Shown: positions 51,540 to 62,815 of the stretch, piece by piece | Layout of the letters: each line of letters starts with the position of its first letter | Numbering within the stretch: the stretch's first letter is position 1 | NCBI GenBank assembly: GCA_037379345.1 | Contig: CM074511.1 | Location: forward strand, 25,217,171-25,281,170 | Reading direction: 5' to 3' | Source: Perna viridis | Lineage: Eukaryota | Length of the DNA stretch: 64,000 nt | Notes under the pieces: model-generated | Seen by the model: the letters and a program-made list of their open reading frames with translations, nothing else | The model's database searches: none | What the model was told of the DNA's origin: nothing | Translations under genes and position numbers: made by a program

Positions 51540-54420
51540 TAGCTTCAATGACAGCACTATAGAATGGCATCGGACAGAGAGACGGACAAAGAAAATAATT
51601 TTGGATTCTTTGTTTTTGTACGAATGTTATGATCGACTATTATCAGTGGCGAGTCCAGGAAGAGGGTTCCTGGAGGTAGATTGCAACTTTGTTAAACTTT
51701 GTTTATGTGGGCACAATTTAGAAAAATCATAACAAAGTACTGACCTAGAAGCATTCTATGATAGCGTCTCTAATCTTCAGTCTACATTTTTTTCCTCGGT
51801 CTGCAAGAAGATGGATTAAAAAAATCTACCCAGACGTACTTGGTTCTGATTTATTATTTCATGAGTTATCACCTATTTGGGCTATTTGAAAATGCATATT
51901 CAGATCCTTTGTGTTACAGTACTTTACTATATAGTAAAAAAAATGTTTTACTTGTATCCTTCATGTTCTTTCTCAAATAACTCAGCTTCATGAATATCTC
52001 ATCATTACCGGAGTCTACGACATTGAGTCCTTGATATCACGGAACGACATGATAAGAATCCTGTTGTGCCAATTTTATTTATGATTGCACAGCTACACCC
52101 CTTGTAATTATAGTTCCCATTACAAATACTTACATTTTAACGTCTTGTAATTTTTGCATAGAAAAGTGAGAGGTTTCTCTGTCTTGCCTTCAGAGGTTTT
52201 ATGGATATAGGTCTTATCTTTCGAAGGAGTAATCAAGGGAACCAAGGTTATAGCGGTAATCAAAAGAATGTAATCCAGGGACAAAGACCAGACATGGAAA
52301 ACAGACATACACAACAAAGAACGTAAAGTAACTAAAATAATACATACAAAGTAACAAAAGTAAATGAGCAACTCGGACTCCACTAAAAACTGGGAGCATG
52401 GACCAGGTGCACCGGTAGGGTAAGCGTCCTCTGCTTTTCTAGAAACACTCGCCGAGTTGCTCATAAAAAGTCAAGTCCGGGGTAGACAAACGAGGAAAGG
52501 AAAACTATGATCCGTTGAATAAATCAGTTTTCATGGTACAGATGGATACACCATAACGATCCACGAGTTCATGATGACGACCATAAAACTTCTGTAGTGA
52601 TGACTTCAATCTTGTAGCAACATAACCCTGTTCCAGAAGCCTATTTGTTAGAGTTCTAGCGCGATACAAAAAGTCTGCGTAGTTTCGGCAAGCTCTGGCA
52701 TAACGTATGAGTTGTGAAATGAACACACCATACGCAGGAGCCGAGGGGATGTTGCAACAGATGAAAGGAAAGTTGACAATTCTGAATGAAAAGTCATCAC
52801 GTTTGTCGTAAAGTTTGGTCAATAGTTTTCCTTTATCATCGATTTCTAAGTGTATGTCAAGATATGAGGCTGACTTCACAGTATTTGTAGTATCTTTTAT
52901 CTCAATGTCTTTGCTGTAGATGCGATGTATCAAATCCCCAAAATTAGGATTGTTTTAAGATAATACGTCATCTTTACAGTGGAAACTGAGATTAAAGGAT
53001 CTAGCTAAACTACAGGTCGGCAAGTAGAGGAGCACAATTTGTTCCCATTGGAATGCCGACCGTTTTTTTGAAAAAAACACGTCAACCACACTGGACAAAT
53101 ATGTTGTCGATTAAAAATTCCAGCATTTTTTAAACATCTTCTTCTGTGTATTTGGAAGATGATTTGGAATTATTTCTTACAAAGTATGAGGTATCTCTAC
53201 CTAGAACTATATATTTGTATCTAGGTGTACCATCTTTTTTGAAAAAACAACGATGTATAATGTTTTTAAGACGGGATTTTATTTGAGTATGGGGAATAGA
53301 AGTATACAGTTTTGAAAAATTATAGGTTTTAATGCTATTATATTCTGATAATAGTCTTGAACTGATTGTCTCCAAAAGATCTTTCGAATTTTTCAGGATC
53401 CACATTGAATTAATACCACTAAGGGATTAACAGGTGTTGTGGTAGGACTGCAGACCCTCTTTGACAGCTTTTAGTATAGAAGTTCAAAGATTTGAAAGAG
53501 GTTTGATGGTACATTTTGCAGATCCAGCAATGTAATATTGTTTGTATGGATTCTTGTGGAGTTTAGGAATCCAGTACATAGACGGTAAATCACAACCATC
53601 GTCCTTGGTAGAGAGACCGAAAGAGGATAGCACAAATTTATGGTTTTCCACAATCTCTTCTTTGGAGATTGTGGTAGTAGTATAAGTCTTATCTCTTTTC
53701 TACGTCTTCCGCTGATAATAAACATTGGATGTAAAACGTTTCACAGACAAAAACAATTTTGTTTTGGGCTTTGTCTGTTGGTACGACAACATAATTGTCA
53801 TGTATAGTAGACAATATTTTTGCTACAATGGGGTCTTTGAAAACTGATGTAGCATCGGCACTCATTTACCTACTTAAAACTTTCATTCGTTTCAAAATTA
53901 AAGATCACAGGGTCTTTAACTACTCTGACAGAGATGAATGTCGTCTTCTTCTCGTTTTGTCCATTTTCTTAACAGGATCTATTAGAAAAAAATAGAGGAA
54001 GAGACAAACAGACGTATTAATTGTTCGTGTTCTTTCTTTTCATTTTCAGGTCGGCAGTTCAAACATAGTGACACAGCCTCAACTGTCCTTAAGGAATGTA
54101 AAAAATCTTATCATGATTACCGAAGACTTTGATGAAGATAGTAATTTATCTGTAAAAGCCTTGGTACAAGAACTCCTTGAACTGGGCATTGACAGATGAG
54201 GTGATGTCATACCGATTTTGAAGGAGACAGCGAGGATTCCAGACTTTTTACAAGTAATAGCAGCAAGTGACGTAGGTGATATTTTCAGGGTAAGGAACGC
54301 AGTTCTTGGACTTAGCTATAGCATTAAAAGTAACAACACGTACTAAAATATCTGAGATATCAGTCAGTCAAATTATAACGACCACAAAACTTATGTAGTA
54401 ATAATAGCCACAAATATTGA
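51540..54420 (+). pseudogene. Decayed tandem paralog of the TPR-TIR gene
   Basis: Exon-1 copy at about 51540-51612. Remnants of the exon-3 end and intron 3 at about 51740-52223. Exon-4 copy at 54050-54346 with a frameshift and a TGA. Exon 2 and most of exon 3 are deleted. Confidence 0.88.
52224..53900 (-). mobile_element. Naiad-type Penelope-like element, degenerate
   Basis: MWILKNSKDLL, GIPMGTNCAP, SASYLD, KFYGRHHELVDRY and the family 3' UTR; sits in the intron-3 equivalent of the pseudogene. Confidence 0.92.
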
Positions 54421-54431
54421 AGATACCTATG

Positions 54432-54602
54432 TATCATGAATTTGGCGCTGTTGCGCATAGCGCAATTATGAACACGATTGATAAGTATTGTAACGTTACG
54501 TATGTATCTATGTAAGTCATTACTATGCAGAAAACGTCTCCATCTTAAATAAACGTATTTGATACATGAGCGTATTATCTCGGCATTCCCTCATACAAAA
54601 CA
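54432..54602 (+). repeat. 5' LTR of BEL/Pao element
   Basis: 171 bp, TA(TG)...CA ends, contains AATAAA; about 14 substitutions + 1 indel versus the 3' LTR by manual count. Confidence 0.93.
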
Positions 54603-54603
54603 T

Positions 54604-54616
54604 TGGTGCCGTGACC
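54604..54616 (+). promoter_or_regulatory. Primer-binding site (tRNA-His type)
   Basis: TGGTGCCGTGAC just after the 5' LTR is complementary to the 3' end of eukaryotic tRNA-His (GUCACGGCACCA). Confidence 0.85.
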
Positions 54617-57438
54617 AATGGAGAAGTATCAAGCCATCCGTAGAGGTCACAGAAGTGTCGTCACACGTTTGATTAACAAGACGGATGAAAGAATTGAAGA
54701 ACTATTCGCCCGGGAGATTTGCACGGCCATAGATTCATTGGGGACAAAACGAGAGGTGTTGAAAACTTTAGAAAATGAAATCATAGATGATACTGAAGTT
54801 GAAAACATGGAACGGGAGATTCTTGATGCGAACGATTTCAACTAAAACATGGAATCAACACAGGTAAAAGGAATCACTGGAAGAAGGAAACTCAACGCAA
54901 CGATTGGTAAGTCAAGCACATTCCTCGTCCCATTCTTTCTCTGTCCTCAACCAGAATTCCAATGAAACACACCAACAAGAATCCAATATGAACACTGAAA
55001 TCGCATCCCAACCCAGCGTCGCATTCTTGCCAAGTTTCTACCATAGACTACCAAAACTTGATTTGCCTAGATTTAACGGAGGTATTATAGCATGGACACT
55101 CTTCTGGGACTTATTCGAGACCACAATACCCACCAAGCCGTTTCTCACAAATGTACAAGTGTTTAGTACCTATGGTCAGAACTGGGTCATTCTGCCGAAC
55201 AATGTTTATTAGGATTAACCCTATCTAGCGCAAACTACGATCAAGCGATATGTCTCTTGAAGGAGGGTTACGGAGATGAGCGACAAATCGCCGTTGCATA
55301 CATGTAAAACTTGTTAGAATTACCCAGTCCCTCCTTCACCTCAGGCAGTTTAGGCACATTTTACGATAGCATGGAATCGAGTATTCAAGGGCTCGAATCA
55401 CTTGGACAATCGGAAGACAGTTTTGGTTCACTACTAATTCCGATAATTCTCAAGAAACTACCTATTGAAATGAGAAAATACATGACCCATGAAAGCGGAA
55501 AAAAGAGCTGGGGTATTTGCTCGTTACGAGAAGCCATATCAAAAGAAATGCATGTCAAAGAATCGAATTCCGCCGAGAATATACACCCACCGCATCGTTC
55601 GTCACAGGCGCGATGTCTAAATATGGTAAGAGTCAGTCAACCCTAGTTCCATTCTAAGCCATCACCTAGGAAACAGAAAACCAATTAGTGCGTGTACTGT
55701 AATGGAACCCATCACCCATCCGAATGCACTGAATATGACACTGCCGAGAAACGTTTTGCCAGAATCAAACAAAAAATACTTTATTTTAATTGCCTCGGAA
55801 ATTACCAGGCATCAGATTGCAAATAAAAATATTCGTGCAGTACATGTAACAAGCGACGTAATGTTATGAAAAGGAGAAGAGTGAGAAATCTGTGAAAAGA
55901 ATCGAAAACCGCAGTGAACGTAGTAAATAAAGAAGAGATCTCTACAGCAGCGTTACACAGTACGCAAGAGAGATTAATGAACAACGTGCACAGGAATGAT
56001 GTCTTACTTAAAACAGCCGTATTCACCGTGTCCAATGGAACAAATACAACCACTGCACATATACTACTAGATGAAGGCTCACAAAAATCGTTTGTTTCAG
56101 AAGAGTTAGCAGAAAGATTGAACTGAACCTTAAACCTTGTGGAACGTCAACACTCAGCATAGCCTCATTCGGAGACTCTAGCCGAAATATCAGAAATCTA
56201 AAGAAACCGTAATACTAGAAAACATGAAAACTGTTCTTATCGTTTCAACCATAGCAGCACAATTGACAAACCGTACACGTCTTTAAGCGCTAAACTACCC
56301 TTTCTCAAGTGATTGAAATTAGGTCACCCGGTTACAGAGGATGCAAACTTTGAAATTTCAGTGCTAATTGTAGCCGATTTCTATTGGGAAATTGTTGAAA
56401 ATCAAATTATACGCGACAACGGACCCACAGTTTTCAAGTCAAAACTCGGATACCTTCTTTCTGGCCCGATATTCATCAGCAACGTTTCAACTACTGCAAC
56501 AATGATGGATGTACTTATACAACACAGAGGAGAAAAAAGTGGATTTCTGGAGGTTCTGGAACAGAATCAATAGGTGTAACTCAGAAGGAAACACAGGCCC
56601 ACGAGCTAAGTTTGTATGATGCGTATGAATCGAGTATTGAACACGAAAATGGTAAATACATAGCAAAACTACCATGGAAAGTTCACTATGATGAACTACC
56701 AAGTAATTAACACATCGCAAGAATACACACAGAGGGATTGATCAACAGACTACGAAAGGACCCGGATATGGGTAAAGTATACGGCAAGATTATAGCTGAC
56801 CAACTGATACGCGGCTTCATAGAGAAGGTCAGTGAAAATGAGCAAACAGAACACAAGGTACATTTTGTACCTCATCATGTTGTGGAAAAGGACTCAACAA
56901 CAACGCCAATTAGACTTGTATTCGACTGTAGCTGCCTCAAGTCACCCAACAGAGCTAGTCTGAAATCCGTACCACCCGCCATGAATGACTTAACAGGGAT
57001 TCTCACAAGATTCAGATTAAACAGATATGGCGTAACAACTGACATAGAAAAGGCATTTCTACAAATTGAGCTACTCAATGACGACCGAGACGTAACGAGA
57101 TCCATGCGACCTGTCCAGTCCATTAGCCACCTACCGTTTTAGAGTAGTCCTCTAGAATATTGAAGAATGGACTATACGTGAACAACATACTTAATAGTTT
57201 TGAGAGGATAATGAGCTTATGATCACGTCACTTTTTGAGAGAAGGGGGATATTTAACTTGAGTTCGTTGTCCTCAAACTATGAGCCACTTTGCTAGTTAG
57301 TTTCCAATATGAAAACTGCGTCGGCCCGGACAGGACGATTAAAATCGACTCAAACGGAACAATGAAAAAGACTCAATATCATTCCAAGACAACTTCAACC
57401 CAGATTACGAGAATACACGCTTGACAAAACGGGAACTA

Positions 57439-57623
57439 CCCTACCGCTGCACCTGGTACATGCTCCCAGTTTTTAGTTCCTCATTTGCTTTTGTTACTTT
57501 GTATGTATGATTTTAGTTACTTTATGTTCTTTATTGTGTAAGCATGTTTTCCATGTCTGGTCTTTGTCCCTGGATTGCATTCTTTTGATTACTGCTATAA
57601 CCTTGGTTCCCTTGATTACTCTT
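57439..57623 (+). mobile_element. Naiad-type 3' UTR fragment inserted in BEL pol
   Basis: Matches 59040-59237; interrupts BEL TKREL|LQQSSRIFD. Confidence 0.88.
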
Positions 57624-57844
57624 ACAACAGTCATCTAGGATTTTCGACCTACTTGGATTCATGAGTCCAGTTCCGTCCGCGCGAAACTAATAATGCAGAA
57701 TTTATGGAAAGAAAAATATGAATGGGACCAGCCACTACCAGAGAACATAAAAGATGGAATGAAATTGTACATGAACTACGCAAAGCTGTAACTTTGGGGA
57801 TTCCGAGATGCTACTTTACTGACACAATAGCCACTAACTCTAGC

Positions 57845-59237
57845 AAAAACATTGTCTACTATACATAACAAATATGTTGTCGTACCAGCAGACAAAGCCC
57901 AAAACAACATTGATTTTGTCTGCAAAACGTATTACTTCCAATGTTTATTATCAGAGGTAGACGTAAAAAATAATAGCAGTGATAAGACCTGTACTCCTAT
58001 CACTCTCTCCAAAGAAGAGATTGTGGAAAACCATAAATCTGTGCTATCCTCTTTTTGGTCTCTCTACCAAGGACGATGATTGTGATTTACCGTCTATGTA
58101 CTGGATTCCTAAACTCAACAAGAATCCAAAACTGTATACTTCTATTCCCCATACTCCCGACTTAAAAACATTATACATCGTTGTTTTTCAAAAAAAAAAA
58201 GATGGTACACCTAGATACAAATCTAGGTAGAGATTCCTCATACTTTGTAAGAAATAATTCCAAATCATCTTCCAAATACACAGAAGAAGATGTTTAAAAA
58301 ATGCTGGAATTTTTAATCGACAACATATTTGTCCAGTGTGGTGGACGTGTTTTTCAACAAACGGTCGGCATTCCAATGGGAACAAATTGTGCTCCTTTAG
58401 TTGCTGACCTATTCCTTCAATCTTGTGAGGCTGACTTTATAGCTGATCTGATCCGGAAGAATGAATATCGTTTGGCTAGATCCTTCAATCTCAGTTTCCG
58501 CTATATAGATGACGTATTATCTTAAAACAATCCTAATTTCGGGGATTTGATACATCGCATCTATCCAAAGGAACTTGAGATAAAGGATACTACAGACACT
58601 GTGAAGTCAGCCTCATATCTTGACCTACACTTAGAAATCGATGGTAAAGGAAAACTTTACGACAAACGTGATGACTTTTCATTCAGAATTGTCAACTTTC
58701 CCTTCATCTGAGGCAACATCCCTTCAGCACCTGCGTATGGAGTGTTCATATCATACGTTATGCCAGAGCTTGCCGAAACTACGCAGACTTTTTGTATCGC
58801 GCTAGAATTCTAACAAATAGGCTTCTGGAACAGGGTTATGTTGCTACAAGATTGAAGTCATCACTACAGAAGTTTTATGGTCGTCATCATGAACTCGTGG
58901 ATCGGTATGGTGTATCCATTTGTACCATGAAAACTGATTTACTCAACTTGTCATAGTTTTCCTTTCCTGGTTTGTCTACCCCGGACTTGACTTTTTATGA
59001 GCAACTCGGCGGGTGTTTCTAGAAAAGCAGAGGACGCTTACCCTACCGGTGCACCTGGTCCATGCTCCCAGTTTTTAGTGGAGTCCGAGTTGCTCATTTA
59101 CTTTTGTTACTTCGTATGTATGATTTTAATTACTTTATGTTCTTTTTTGTGTATGTCTGCTTTCCATGTTTGGTCTTTGTCCCTGGATTACATTCTTTTG
59201 ATTACCACTATAACCTTGGTTCCCTTGATTACTCTTC
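57845..59237 (+). mobile_element. Penelope-like retroelement (Naiad-type, RT at C-terminus), 5'-truncated, inside BEL pol
   Basis: VVVPADKAQNN, PSMYWIPKL, QTVGIPMGTNCAPLVADLFL, FRYIDDVLS, YLDL, KFYGRHHELV followed by stop and the family 3' UTR; no C-terminal GIY-YIG. Confidence 0.9.
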
Positions 59238-60844
59238 CACAACAGAACTACACATATTTACCGATTCTAGTCTCGTAGCATATGGAGCATGTGCGTACAT
59301 CACTAGTGATGTCCATAAACAGAGTCACACCAATGAAAGAGATCACTTCCAAAGACGGCACTAATGAGAGTCGTTTTAGGATCGAGATTAGCCAAACATT
59401 TTCTTCAGAATGTTGGAATCATGAACGTTATATTTGATGCGATAGTCAAATAGTGTTGAAGTGAATAATATTAAAGAAGCCTCAGGAGAAATTCATAACA
59501 AATCGAATAAAAGAGATCAATGAGAATGTACAAATACAACAATAGCAATATTGTCTAATCGACTCAAATACCGCCGATTTACTGATAAAAGGAACGTCAG
59601 CCTACAATGTGAAAAATGCAATCTAGATAAATGGACCGGTATGGCTCACCATTACATTTCTATGGCCGGAGTGGAATGGAAAAAACAGAAACAGCGTTTC
59701 CTCGTGAAGGAAGAAGACGACCTTGAATAGACATATTCCGTTGCTACAACTACCACTATATAAGGATGATGATAATACAATCAGATGTGGATTCTCCTAT
59801 TTATTACCAACAAAACACCGATTTACAACACTTGTGACCCAGGTTGCACACACGAACGTCAACTACATGCAGGCGTCAACAGCACCGTGACTTATTTACG
59901 CCAGACTTTCTGGATTGCACGAATCCGACAATCCGTTAGATCGACGTTAAAGATATGTATGATATGTCAAAAAGTGACCTGTAAACCGTACCAGAAACCA
60001 GATCCACCTCCTTCACCTAAGGAACGATTGCAAAAGGAATTACCGTATTATTATATCTGGAATAGATTTCGCAGGACCGCTACATATTAAGAATAGTGAT
60101 GACACAACGACTAAGGTACATATCTGTTTATACACATGTGCATCAACGCAAGCCGTACACCTCCAGCTTGTTGTGACATTATCCGTGGATTTATTCATGC
60201 TTGGAATCAGAAGATTTCTTAGCAAACATTTTATTCTGAGAACGTTAATATCGGACAATACATTGATATCCATAGCCGCTAGCAATGACATTCGTAGATT
60301 GACGAACTCTAATAAAGTGCACGATAAGTTTGATTCAAATGGGACCACATGGAAATTCATAGCTAAAAGAACACCATAGTTCGGAGGATTTTATGAAAGA
60401 TTCAGTGGACTCGCAAAATAAAGTCTTAGAAAAGTGTTAGGAAACATGTTTGTTACCATTCGAACCATTGGAAACAACAACAATAATATCAAACTTGGTG
60501 AAATAGCTCAGAATCACGATGAAACGTACAGAAATCAGTGGAAACTAGGAATCATTGATAAACTGTTTACCAGCGAGGACAATAATGTTCGTTCTGTACA
60601 ACTGAAAACAGCTTGAGTGTACACGAACCGCCCAATAGCAAAACTTTACCCACTAGAAGTCACAACAAGAAAAGCATCTTCAAAGGAGGGAAAACAAACT
60701 GTTCAAGACCAAGCCGTGCATCGAAAGACGCAGCAATGGTACAAATGGACATAATTATGGATAATCCCAGCGAATATAGAAACAATGCAAAGTGATCAGT
60801 GAGAAAAGTATAAAATTTCATTCATTTCTATTGACTTTGAATAG

Positions 60845-62570
60845 TAGTTTATGTTCTAAATTCACTTCGTTCAAACGAACATAAAACATTTATTTGCGAA
60901 ACTTGCCATAATTTTCTATAAAAATAAGACACAAAGACAAAGTACTGGTATTATCAGGCACGGTGACACGTTCAACGTACAAAGAAAGCGTTAGATTACA
61001 AGCCTAATTTCCTAAAGACAGATAAACGTTTGTCTAAATTTTCTTGCACATAACCATCCTTTGTAGACTCAGATCGCCATCTACCATGAACTTTGAATAA
61101 CCTGTCCGAAACATGCTTAGCTGCGGCCGAGGCTCCCCCTCACCTAAAATATTGCAAACCGAATTTCTGAGCATCTGATAATGACTTCTTAATTAATTTT
61201 CCAGCACATGTGTAAAAAAGCTTTTCATTACTTCTTCTCAAAATAAGAGAATTAGATTTCTTGAGAAAAGTTACAGATCGAAATATATACATATCAGAAC
61301 ATAATTGAACCTTAGCCATGTTAAGATACCTCTTCAAAACATCTACTGGACAAAATAAAGAATCAAGTTTCGAAATCACAACGTTTTTACAATTTCTGTA
61401 ACAGTCCGTTTTGCTCTTGTGAATAAATATATCTACATGAGTTTCATAAAAAGTGATATGCTTAGCTTTAAAGTTACATAATTCGTCGTATCTAAGAAAA
61501 CCTGTATACATAAGAGCACAAATAGCTAATAATCTAATGTCCTTCAAGAAACTAGAATCTTTATGCTTTTTAAAGAAGTCTGTCATAATAAATGAATCGA
61601 CTGGAACTTTTTTCGCAATCGGTCTTGTCAAAATTCTCTTTGAAGCTTCCACCACGTTTTTAACCAACTCCGAGTTGCATGGATTACATACGCCCGCTGT
61701 ATTGTGCGCCCAATTAATATTATAAAATGCAGATTCTACGGAACTAAAATGATTAACTGATCCTACTAAATGTTGTAAATATAAACTGACGTAAATGTCA
61801 CTGCTAGGAAGCACTGAAGTTATCTCAGGATAATCAATGGTCCATTTAACAAATCTTTTGAAACCTACGATGTATTTTGTTACCGTATTCTTGGCTCGTG
61901 CGTCCAAAATAGTCGCATGCAAATTTTTCGACTTATCAGCTATTCCAATCAACTTGTTTCTGCGCTTCAAAAGAATGTTCGAATCCTCCAAAACGCTAAC
62001 TGCTTTCTTCGGTCAGTTCTTTTCAATGTACTTGATAGCCGTGCCGATATTGTTCTGAATGTCTGAATTTAATTCAAATTGCACGTGATTTCCCTTAAAT
62101 TAAAAAGTATTTTCTGACTTTTTAACACGTTTCACAAGATTATCAGTGGTATCGGAAAAGTTTTGTAATATATCCCGGACAACTTATCATTCATATAGGA
62201 AGTTAACAAAGAAAAGAGATCAGCGTTGGACAACTCGTGCTCCAATTTACCTTTCTTTTCATCCACACTTTTTCTTGCTTCTTCCGTTCTTTTGTCTTCC
62301 TAGTTTCGGTTAAGGAATTTTCTACCAACAATTCTGAAATAGGGCACTGCCTTTCCAGTGCTATTTCTATTTCATTCTCAATCTCCGAGTCCGACATAGC
62401 CATAAATTTGTCTACAAACGTGTATACATTAGTCGAGTGGTCACCGCCCTAACTTCGATAAATATAAAATCTTGCGCAGTTCCTTTATATAACCAATCTA
62501 CCAAAACCGGTTCTATCTATTTATCAACCCGTTTCAGTAATTACTGCGCGAAGTGCGAATAAATATATTT
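60845..62570 (-). mobile_element. Internally deleted DIRS-like tyrosine-recombinase retroelement nested in the BEL 3' UTR
   Basis: Gag-like remnants at 62403-61925 (KGNHVQFELN...LKRRNKLIGIADKS) followed by a YR domain; no RT/RNase H. Boundaries are approximate. Confidence 0.8.
60996..61991 (-). pseudogene. Tyrosine recombinase (phage-integrase family) of DIRS-like element
   Basis: Motifs NTVTKY..GFKRF..W, GFLRYDEL, KSKTD, CPV, FGLQYFR*GGAS (degenerate HSLR.GGA with an in-frame TGA at 61140-61142), HGRWRSE..KDGYV; ends at TAA 60996. Confidence 0.9.
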
Positions 62571-62638
62571 CTTTCAAAATCTATTTGTCAATTTAAAGAA
62601 ATTTTCTAAGTTTTCTTTCAGTTTCCTGTAGGCCGTAG

Positions 62639-62810
62639 TATCATGAATTTGGCGCTAACGCATATAGCACAATTATGAACACGATTGATAAGTATTGTAA
62701 CGTCACGTATGTATCTATGTAACGTCATTACTATGCAGAAAACGTCTCCATCTTAAATAAACGTATTTGATACATCGGTGTATTATCTCGGCATTCCTTC
62801 GTGCAACACA
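62639..62810 (+). repeat. 3' LTR of BEL/Pao element
   Basis: 172-bp direct repeat of 54432-54602, followed by the TSD and resumption of host duplicate sequence. Confidence 0.93.
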
Positions 62811-62815
62811 CCATG

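Larger units (their letters stand above)
54432..62810 (+). mobile_element. BEL/Pao LTR retrotransposon, full length but degenerate
   Basis: LTRs at 54432-54602 and 62639-62810; TSD ctatg/ccatg; PBS at 54604. Frameshifted gag-pol 54618-60795 with LPKLDLPRFNG, CVYCNGTHHPSEC, protease LLDEGSQKSFV, RT DIEKAFLQI, RNase H LHIFTDSS..AYGACAY, integrase H..LHAG..C..C, DFAGPL, ISDN, GFYER, and RPIAKLYPLE. Confidence 0.95.

Noticed and set aside
58709-58711. TGA at a Cys codon (FI*GNIP) as possible selenocysteine, since some clam Naiads encode selenoproteins
   Set aside because: Most other copies have TGT/TGC at this codon and none has TGA. This copy has other stops and frameshifts. The UTR hairpin pairs AUGA by Watson-Crick rather than forming a SECIS GA quartet.
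60996-61991. Prophage or bacterial integrase contamination
   Set aside because: It carries a DIRS-type gag motif and C-terminal signature, is embedded in an animal LTR element, and has no phage genes nearby.
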